From Endomicrobiales bacterium (GTDB taxonomy: Bacteria; Elusimicrobiota; Endomicrobiia; Endomicrobiales; CAWCFT01): 64,000 bases of DNA. Positions 57,689 to 64,000 of the stretch are shown one piece after another. The DNA is taken from assembly GCA_963794945.1 (NCBI GenBank), contig CAWCFT010000004.1, positions 160,001 through 224,000 of the forward strand, in the 5' to 3' direction. Positions within the stretch are counted from its first letter, which is position 1. Each line of letters starts with the position of its first letter. The notes beneath the pieces were generated by a model. That model was not told the DNA's origin. It saw only the letters and a list, made by a program, of their open reading frames with translations, and did not search any database. A program made the position numbers and the translations under genes.

Positions 57689-59359
57689 ATGCTTCTAAAT
57701 TTGCATATAAAAAACTACGTTTTGATAGATGAACTGAGCCTTGAGTTCGGTGAAGGGCTGAACATTTTCACCGGCGAGACCGGGGCCGGCAAATCTATTA
57801 TAATCGAGTCCATCGGCCTCGTGCTGGGCGACAGGGCCGGCGCGGGGCTCGTCCGTAAAGGCTCAGAACGCTGTTCTATCTGTGCCGAGTTCGATATTTC
57901 AGGTTACTCCGCGCTTGAAAAATTCCTCGAACAATCAGCCCTGGCCGACGAGAACACGGGATCGCTCATCATACGCCGCGAGATAGATTCCACCGGCAAA
58001 TCCAGAGCCTTCATAAACGACCGGCCCGCGGGCATATCGACGCTTTCCTCTGTAGGCAACTTCCTTGTAGATGTTCACGGCCAGCACGAACACCAAACGC
58101 TGCTGCAGGGCAAAGTGCAGAGAGAGCTAGTCGACCGGTTCGCGGGCAACGAAAACCTCCTTGCCGACACAGCCAAACACTACGAGGCCTGGCGCGGGCT
58201 CGTCGCCCAGAAAGAGGCCAACACGGTCTCAACCCAGGAGAAGGAACGCCTTGTTGACTTATATAGTTTCCAGCTTAAAGAGATAACCTCGCTTAAACCT
58301 GTCCCGGGTGAAGACGAAGAGCTGGAACAGAAACTGCCGGTGCTAAAGAACGCGGAAAAACTGCGGGCCCTGAGCTCCGAGGCCTACGATCTCTTGTACG
58401 GCCGGGAAAGCTCGGCCATGGAGAACACGGGCAAGGCGCAGAAACTTGTAGAAAACATAATATCGATATCCGGCTCGCTTTCAGGTTCTGCCGAAACATT
58501 AAAGAACGCCTCGTCGCTTTTAGACGACGCTTTGAGGGACATAGACAAATTCCGCGGAAGCCTGGAGGCCGACCCAGACGTGCTAAATGAGCTCCTGACG
58601 CGGCAGGACCAGCTTCACAGGCTCAAAAAAAAGTACGGCAAGGACATAGCCGAGATACTCGCCTACTCCGACAAAATATCCAAATACCTCGACACTCTTA
58701 CAAACGCTGAAAAGAACTCAAAAGAGCTCGACGAAAATATAAAGAAAGCGGAGTCATCCCTTTCCGCCCTTTGCGAGAAGCTCTCCGCCTCAAGGAAGAA
58801 GGCATCTAAGAAACTTTCGGAAGGCGTGGAAAATGAACTCGGAGCGCTCGGCATGAAACGCGCGAAATTCTCGGCGGAAATTATGAAACAGGATTCCCCC
58901 TCAGGCCAGGGCTGGGACAGCGTAGGGTTCATGTTCAGCGCGAACACCGGCGAGGACTCAAAACCGCTCAAAGAGATCGCATCAGGCGGCGAGATGTCGC
59001 GTGTGATGCTCGCGCTAAAAACCGTTCTCGCGAACTCTGACGAGGTGCCTGTGCTTATATTCGACGAAATAGACGCCGGCATAGGCGGCCCGATGGGCCA
59101 GGTAGTCGGCTCTAAGCTCAAAACCCTGTCCAAACACCACCAGATACTCTGCATCACCCACCTGCCGCAGATAGCCGCGTTCGCCGAGAAACACTTTAAC
59201 GTAGAGAAAGCCGCGGATGCCGGGCAGACACTGACGCGGGTGCGCACGCTTGCGAAGAACGACCGCCTTGAAGAAGTGGCGCGGATGCTCTCCGGAAAGG
59301 AGATAACACCGGCCGCCAGAAAACATGCCATGGAACTTATTGAGCAGAGTTCGTTGTAA
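57689..59359 (+). CDS. recN: DNA repair protein RecN
   Basis: TGETGAGKS, HGQHEHQ, ASGGEMSR, FDEIDAG, ITHLPQIA. Confidence 0.98.
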   Translation: MLLNLHIKNYVLIDELSLEFGEGLNIFTGETGAGKSIIIESIGLVLGDRAGAGLVRKGSERCSICAEFDISGYSALEKFLEQSALADENTGSLIIRREIDSTGKSRAFINDRPAGISTLSSVGNFLVDVHGQHEHQTLLQGKVQRELVDRFAGNENLLADTAKHYEAWRGLVAQKEANTVSTQEKERLVDLYSFQLKEITSLKPVPGEDEELEQKLPVLKNAEKLRALSSEAYDLLYGRESSAMENTGKAQKLVENIISISGSLSGSAETLKNASSLLDDALRDIDKFRGSLEADPDVLNELLTRQDQLHRLKKKYGKDIAEILAYSDKISKYLDTLTNAEKNSKELDENIKKAESSLSALCEKLSASRKKASKKLSEGVENELGALGMKRAKFSAEIMKQDSPSGQGWDSVGFMFSANTGEDSKPLKEIASGGEMSRVMLALKTVLANSDEVPVLIFDEIDAGIGGPMGQVVGSKLKTLSKHHQILCITHLPQIAAFAEKHFNVEKAADAGQTLTRVRTLAKNDRLEEVARMLSGKEITPAARKHAMELIEQSSL

Positions 59360-59400
59360 ACTCTTCCAATCGCGATTTTTTCAAGCTGTTTTGCCCGTGT

Positions 59401-59429
59401 TTGACATTTTTATCTCAAAGAGCTAAAAT
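59401..59429 (+). promoter_or_regulatory. sigma70 promoter of the oxidoreductase operon
   Basis: TTGACA-17 bp-TAAAAT; GTG start 7 nt downstream. Confidence 0.7.
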
Positions 59430-59435
59430 ATTTTT

Positions 59436-59639
59436 GTGGAAAAAATAAAGATTGACGTAAATAAATGCAAAGGCTGCACGCTTTGCGTAATAGCGTGCCC
59501 CAAAAAGAGCCTTAAAATATCAAAAGATTTCAACAAAGCCGGGTATCACCCGGCTGTTTTTGTTGACGAGGGAAAGTGCACATCCTGCGGTTTCTGCTAC
59601 CAGGTATGCCCGGAAGTCTGTATAGAAGTGCATAAATAA
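59436..59639 (+). CDS. 2-oxoacid:ferredoxin oxidoreductase delta subunit (2x4Fe-4S)
   Basis: CKGCTLCVIACP, CTSCGFCYQVCP. Confidence 0.92.
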   Translation: MEKIKIDVNKCKGCTLCVIACPKKSLKISKDFNKAGYHPAVFVDEGKCTSCGFCYQVCPEVCIEVHK

Positions 59640-59646
59640 CAAAGGC

Positions 59647-59733
59647 ATTACAGATTACAAATTACAGATTTCAGATTTAAATTCAATGTCAAAGGCTTTC
59701 AATTTGTAATATATAATCTGTAATTTGTAATTG
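59647..59733. repeat. inverted heptamer-repeat hairpin (gene-less copy)
   Basis: ACAGATT ACAAATT ACAGATT TCAGATT ... AATTTGT AATATAT AATCTGT AATTTGT. Confidence 0.85.
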
Positions 59734-59740
59734 AGAAATT

Positions 59741-60793
59741 ATGAAACAGTTAATAAAAGGCAACATTGCTTTGTGTGAGGGCGCGATAGCGGCCGGGTGC
59801 ATGGCATATTTCGGCTACCCGATCACACCTCAGAACGAAGTGCCGGCTTACATGTCCAGAAAGATGGTAGAGCTGGGTAGGGTATTCCTGCAAGCCGAAA
59901 GCGAGCTTGCGGCGGTAAACATGGTTCTAGGCGCGGGCGTAACGGGAACGAGGGCGATGACATCATCTTCTTCACCCGGAATATCGCTAAAGCAAGAAGG
60001 TATATCTTACCTCGCTGCATGCGAAGTGCCAAGCGTTATAGTTAACGTCCAGCGCGGAGGGCCCGGCCTCGGAAACATAGCTGGATCGCAGGCAGACTAC
60101 TTTCAGGCTGTCAAAGGCGGCGGACACGGCGACTACCGCATGCCGGTGCTTGCCCCGTACTCTGTGCAGGAAATGTACGACCACGCTGTGCTCGCGTTCG
60201 ACCTTGCTGACAAGTACAGGACGCCTGTAATGATACTATCTGACGGCATTGTAGGCCAGATGATGGAGCCGGCGGACATTGATTCGCCAAAAATCTCTAA
60301 AGACAAACCTTCTTATGACAGGTCGTGGATTCTGGACGGTGCAAAAGGCAGGGAACCTAGGTCCGTAAAGTCGCTTCTCATGGGAGAGGGAGATCTTGAA
60401 AAACATAACCTTGACCTTGCCGCAAAGTACGATAGGATAAAGAACAGTGAAGTTAGGTTCGAAAAATACGATATTGAAGACGCAGATATAATACTTGTCG
60501 CGTTCGGAGTTTCGGCGCGCGTGGCAAAGGCCGCGATGTGGCGGGCGAGACAGAAAGGCGTGAAGGCAGGCTGTATAAGGCCCATCACTCTCTGGCCGTT
60601 CCCGGAAAAGATAATAGCGGACTCGGCTAAGCACGGCAGGAAGTTCCTCGTTGTAGAGATGAACATGGGCCAGATGGTGGAAGACGTAAGGCTCGCAGTA
60701 AACGGCAAATGCCCGGTCCACTTTCACGGAAGGGCCGGCGGCGCGACTGTAAACGAAAACGACGTCTTAGACGCCATAATGAAACTCAAATAA
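59741..60793 (+). CDS. vorB: 2-ketoisovalerate/2-oxoacid:ferredoxin oxidoreductase alpha-type subunit
   Basis: FGYPITPQ, QAESE, SSSPGISLKQE, RPITLWPFP. Confidence 0.9.
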   Translation: MKQLIKGNIALCEGAIAAGCMAYFGYPITPQNEVPAYMSRKMVELGRVFLQAESELAAVNMVLGAGVTGTRAMTSSSSPGISLKQEGISYLAACEVPSVIVNVQRGGPGLGNIAGSQADYFQAVKGGGHGDYRMPVLAPYSVQEMYDHAVLAFDLADKYRTPVMILSDGIVGQMMEPADIDSPKISKDKPSYDRSWILDGAKGREPRSVKSLLMGEGDLEKHNLDLAAKYDRIKNSEVRFEKYDIEDADIILVAFGVSARVAKAAMWRARQKGVKAGCIRPITLWPFPEKIIADSAKHGRKFLVVEMNMGQMVEDVRLAVNGKCPVHFHGRAGGATVNENDVLDAIMKLK

Positions 60794-60794
60794 C

Positions 60795-61544
60795 ATGAAC
60801 AAAATATTTGGAAAACCCGAAGCCTTAAAACCAGCGTGCCACCTCTACTGCCCCGGCTGCGGCCACGGCGTAATTCACAGGCTTGTGGCTGAGGCGATAG
60901 ACGAGCTTGGCCTGCGCGAGAGAACAATAGCCGTCGCGCCGGTCGGCTGCGCAGTTTTCGCTTACGACTATTTCAATTTTGACGTTACCGAAGCTCCGCA
61001 CGGAAGGCCGCCTGCTGTTGCGACCGGCATAAAGAGGGTCATGCCCGACAAATTCGTGTTCACGTACCAGGGCGACGGCGACCTTGCTTCTATAGGTATG
61101 GCAGAAACACTGCACTGCGCCAACCGCGGTGAGAAAATAACCATTATTTTCGTCAATAACGCCAATTATGGTATGACCGGCGGCCAGATGGCCCCGACTA
61201 CCCTCATCGGGCAAAAGACGGCAACGAGCCCCTTCGGCAGGGACCCGGAACGTGAAGGCTACCCTCTGAAAATATGCGAATTGCTTTCCACTCTCGAAGG
61301 CGTTGAATACCTTGAGAGGGTCGCAGTCAATAACCCTAAAAATGTATTGAGCGCGAAAAGAGCGATAAAAAAAGCTTTCAAAAACCAGATAGACGGCAAG
61401 GGGTTCTCGCTTATCGAAGTTCTCTCCCAGTGCCCGGTAGACTGGGACAAAACCCCTGAGGATGCCGTTAAGTGGGTTGACGAAGTGTTTATGAAAACGT
61501 TCCCGCTGGGTGTTTACAAAGACAAAACGGCAATTAAAGATTGA
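60795..61544 (+). CDS. 2-oxoacid:ferredoxin oxidoreductase beta (TPP-binding) subunit
   Basis: YCPGCGHG, YQGDGDL, NNANYGMTGGQMAPT. Confidence 0.93.
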   Translation: MNKIFGKPEALKPACHLYCPGCGHGVIHRLVAEAIDELGLRERTIAVAPVGCAVFAYDYFNFDVTEAPHGRPPAVATGIKRVMPDKFVFTYQGDGDLASIGMAETLHCANRGEKITIIFVNNANYGMTGGQMAPTTLIGQKTATSPFGRDPEREGYPLKICELLSTLEGVEYLERVAVNNPKNVLSAKRAIKKAFKNQIDGKGFSLIEVLSQCPVDWDKTPEDAVKWVDEVFMKTFPLGVYKDKTAIKD

Positions 61545-61607
61545 AAATTGAAGATTTGGAAAATTAATAGACGTGAATCTTGAATTTTCTAATCTTAAAT
61601 TTTCAAT
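61538..61607. repeat. inverted heptamer-repeat hairpin (AAGATTG-type)
   Basis: AAGATTG AAAATTG AAGATTT ... TAATCTT AAATTTT CAAT. Confidence 0.65.
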
Positions 61608-61619
61608 ATGGTGTTAACT

Positions 61620-62159
61620 ATGCAAACAGAGATAATAATTGCGGGGTTCGGCGGACAGGGCGTGCTCTTTGCTGGCATGCTGCTGGCCCAGGCGGCTGTT
61701 GAGGAGAACAAACAAACCACATGGTTCCCTTCCTACGGCGCCGAGATACGCGGCGGCACCGCAAACTCAACCGTGATAATATCGGACGATGAAATAGGTT
61801 CACCGGTGGTAGTCAACCCATCCGCCCTTATAATCCTAAACGAGCAGTCGCTTAACAAGTTCATGGGGAGGGCTGCTGAAGGTGCAGTTATCGTAGTGAA
61901 CTCCTCACTCTGCGGCAAGAACGCCGCAAAGACTGGCTCAACAGTCGTCTGCGTGCCGGCCTCCGAGATAGCGGACAAGCAGCTCGGCGACGGCAGGGTG
62001 ACAAACATGGTCATGATCGGGGCATACCTCAAGGCGAGCGGCGTCCTCAAGCTGCGAAGCGCGCAGGCCGCCTGCGAAAAAGCGCTGAAGGAAAAACCCA
62101 AGCTTATAGACGTTAACAAGAAGGCACTTGAACTAGGATTTAACTACGGAGATATATAA
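61620..62159 (+). CDS. 2-oxoacid:ferredoxin oxidoreductase gamma subunit
   Basis: AGFGGQG, PSYGAEIRGGTA, NMVMIGA. Confidence 0.93.
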   Translation: MQTEIIIAGFGGQGVLFAGMLLAQAAVEENKQTTWFPSYGAEIRGGTANSTVIISDDEIGSPVVVNPSALIILNEQSLNKFMGRAAEGAVIVVNSSLCGKNAAKTGSTVVCVPASEIADKQLGDGRVTNMVMIGAYLKASGVLKLRSAQAACEKALKEKPKLIDVNKKALELGFNYGDI

Positions 62160-62620
62160 TGAAGATAAGGCCCGCAAAAGTTACTGACGTAAAAACTATA
62201 CAATCCATAATCGCGCACTACGCCGAAAAGAAGGAAATGCTGCCGAGGTCGCTTAACGACATCTATGAGAACATCCAGGAGTATGTGGTATGCGAAGACA
62301 AGTCCAAGGTTGTCGGCTGCTGCGCCCTGCACGTCTCGTGGGAAGATTTAGCAGAGATAAAAGCGCTGGCCATAGCCCAGAACTATCAGGGCAAAGGCAT
62401 AGGCACTAAGCTTGTCAAGACTTGCCACAAGAAAGCGAACGATCTTGGCATAAAGAAGGCTTTCGCCCTGACCTTCAAGCCCCGGTTTTTTTTAAAACTC
62501 GGGTACACACAGATATCCAGAGAATCCCTGCCGCACAAGATATGGGGCGAATGCGTTAAATGCCCCCTCTTCCCTGACTGCGGAGAAGTGCCACTCATAC
62601 TGGACCTCAACGAAAAATAA
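62159..62620 (+). CDS. GNAT N-acetyltransferase, short ArgA-like (amino-acid N-acetyltransferase)
   Basis: MLPRS, WEDLAEIKALA, LPHKIWGECVKCP. Confidence 0.82.
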   Translation: MKIRPAKVTDVKTIQSIIAHYAEKKEMLPRSLNDIYENIQEYVVCEDKSKVVGCCALHVSWEDLAEIKALAIAQNYQGKGIGTKLVKTCHKKANDLGIKKAFALTFKPRFFLKLGYTQISRESLPHKIWGECVKCPLFPDCGEVPLILDLNEK

Positions 62621-62678
62621 GAATTATCTTAGGTGGGAGATTGATAAGCGCGCGGCCTATGCGCGACCGGACTTCTAT

Positions 62679-63236
62679 CTATACTTGTGCTTCGCCGCCG
62701 GGTTTTTCCGTTTCTTTAATGAACGGCGAGAGGAAGAAGCTCTGAACTATTACGAACAGCAGCATAAAACCCATTATGCCGAACAACTTGAAATTTACCC
62801 ACGTGCCAGTGGGATATCTGTAAGCCACGAACAGGTTTAATCCTCCCAGAACAGCGAAAAATATACCCCACGCAGCGTTGAGCCTGGCCCAAACCACTTC
62901 AGGAAGGACGACCTGCTTTCCCAGCACGCCTTTCATAGTATTCTTGGCGAACAGGGCCTGCCCAAAAAGAATTATTGCGGCGAACACCCAGTATAGTATC
63001 GTCGGTTTCCATTTAATGAATATCTCCTTGTGCAGAAGGAGCGTCGAGCCGCCGAAAAGAAGTATTATGGCCAAGCTTATCCACATCATCTTTTCAACAT
63101 TGCGCGTTCGGACATAAGATATTATTATCTGCAGCATGCTTGCGACTATCGCCACACCTGTCGCAAAGTATATCCCCTTTATCTTAAACGCCACGAAAAA
63201 CAGTATGATCGGCAGCAGCTCGAACAACATTTTCAT
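62679..63236 (-). CDS. yciB: inner membrane protein YciB / septation protein A
   Basis: LFELLPIILFF, FIKWKPT, WVNFKLFG. Confidence 0.93.
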   Translation of the reverse strand: MKMLFELLPIILFFVAFKIKGIYFATGVAIVASMLQIIISYVRTRNVEKMMWISLAIILLFGGSTLLLHKEIFIKWKPTILYWVFAAIILFGQALFAKNTMKGVLGKQVVLPEVVWARLNAAWGIFFAVLGGLNLFVAYRYPTGTWVNFKLFGIMGFMLLFVIVQSFFLSPFIKETEKPGGEAQV

Positions 63237-63276
63237 AGTCAGACTCCTCTATTAGTTACGACCAAAAGAAACGACC

Positions 63277-64000
63277 CTACGATCTTTTGTATATTCTGAT
63301 GACGGGGCATATGTACCTCCAATCATGTGGCGCGCTGCCGTCGATCATCTTTATCCCAAGAAATTCTGGATACCTCTCAAATGTCTTCACAAGCCGATAG
63401 TTACTGCCGCTCATTATATCGTTAAGCATAGGCAGCACCTCCGGATGCGGGAACTTATTATTAAGGCACAGCACCGGGTAATATTCGTAATCGCTTAGTA
63501 TAACGTAATCGGGATTTTCCTTTTTGAGGTTCTCGATCTTTTCCGTTAGCTGCACCATATCGTACTTTTTTAGTCCCTTCAAGACAGATTCATCTGACTT
63601 ATACCAATACTCGGCCATCACTATCGATGGATTCCAGAAATACATGTAGGGAACCCCTATTTTAGACCCCTCCGGGATGTTCTCTTCGATCCAATACGAT
63701 GCCTCATCTCTAACATCCGTTTTCGACATCAAATTAACGTGCGCATAAGAGTAGGCGAGCGTGTATACTGATATCAGTCCAACCGCAACCAATGAAATAA
63801 CTCTGTATCTTTGAATTGACATTACAAACCTCGCGCTGAGCACGCATAGCACCGGTATGAACGCTACCGACCATCTAGCGAGCCGCCAGGGAGAAGCCCC
63901 AAGAAGAGCCCAAAGAAGAATTAACACCGCTAATAAGAGAATATCGGTTTTCTCCCGCTTTATGAACGCGTAAATTACCGAGATCCCGGACAAGAGTAAA
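63277..64000 (-). CDS. C-terminal part of a membrane glycosyltransferase (GT39/ArnT-like), truncated by the window end
   Basis: TM helices with LARWSVAFIP, then DVRDEASYWI..PDYVIL soluble domain. Confidence 0.6.
   Translation of the reverse strand, partial: LLLSGISVIYAFIKREKTDILLLAVLILLWALLGASPWRLARWSVAFIPVLCVLSARFVMSIQRYRVISLVAVGLISVYTLAYSYAHVNLMSKTDVRDEASYWIEENIPEGSKIGVPYMYFWNPSIVMAEYWYKSDESVLKGLKKYDMVQLTEKIENLKKENPDYVILSDYEYYPVLCLNNKFPHPEVLPMLNDIMSGSNYRLVKTFERYPEFLGIKMIDGSAPHDWRYICPVIRIYKRS

Noticed and set aside
1..64000. CRISPR array or cas genes
   Set aside because: No run of equal-length direct repeats with unique spacers. The repeats here are dispersed palindromes or 7-mer arrays.

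Overview
Bacterial chromosomal window. Gene content and the divergent EF-Tu suggest an anaerobic diderm, plausibly Elusimicrobiota (inference only). Two core blocks flank a large accessory region. The left block holds a two-component cluster, tRNA-Tyr/Gly/Thr-tuf-rpmG-tRNA-Trp-secE-nusG-rplK-rplA and then comEC. The right block holds nadK-four-helix-bundle-recN, a four-subunit 2-oxoacid:ferredoxin oxidoreductase, an argA-like GNAT and yciB. The ~45 kb between them is almost entirely minus-strand. It contains a kaiC-kaiB-kaiB-PAS kinase locus (no kaiA) followed by a giant CheB-CheR-multiPAS kinase, a TonB receptor, redox/stress genes, a P3A H+-ATPase, an orphan ParB and an AT-rich pair of HEPN-like genes. 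More than a dozen genes are split by small indels, most likely long-read errors. Non-coding highlights: (i) a four-helix-bundle gene bracketed by inverted 7-bp tandem repeats, with gene-less copies of the same hairpin at operon junctions; (ii) two homologous ~100-nt promoter-hairpin-terminator units upstream of transporter genes (candidate attenuator, riboswitch or sRNA); (iii) several palindromic MITE/REP-like families, with copies that appear to be read in-frame inside two proteins; (iv) a highly structured spacer between tRNA-Gly and tRNA-Thr. No CRISPR array, rRNA, transposase or integrase was seen.
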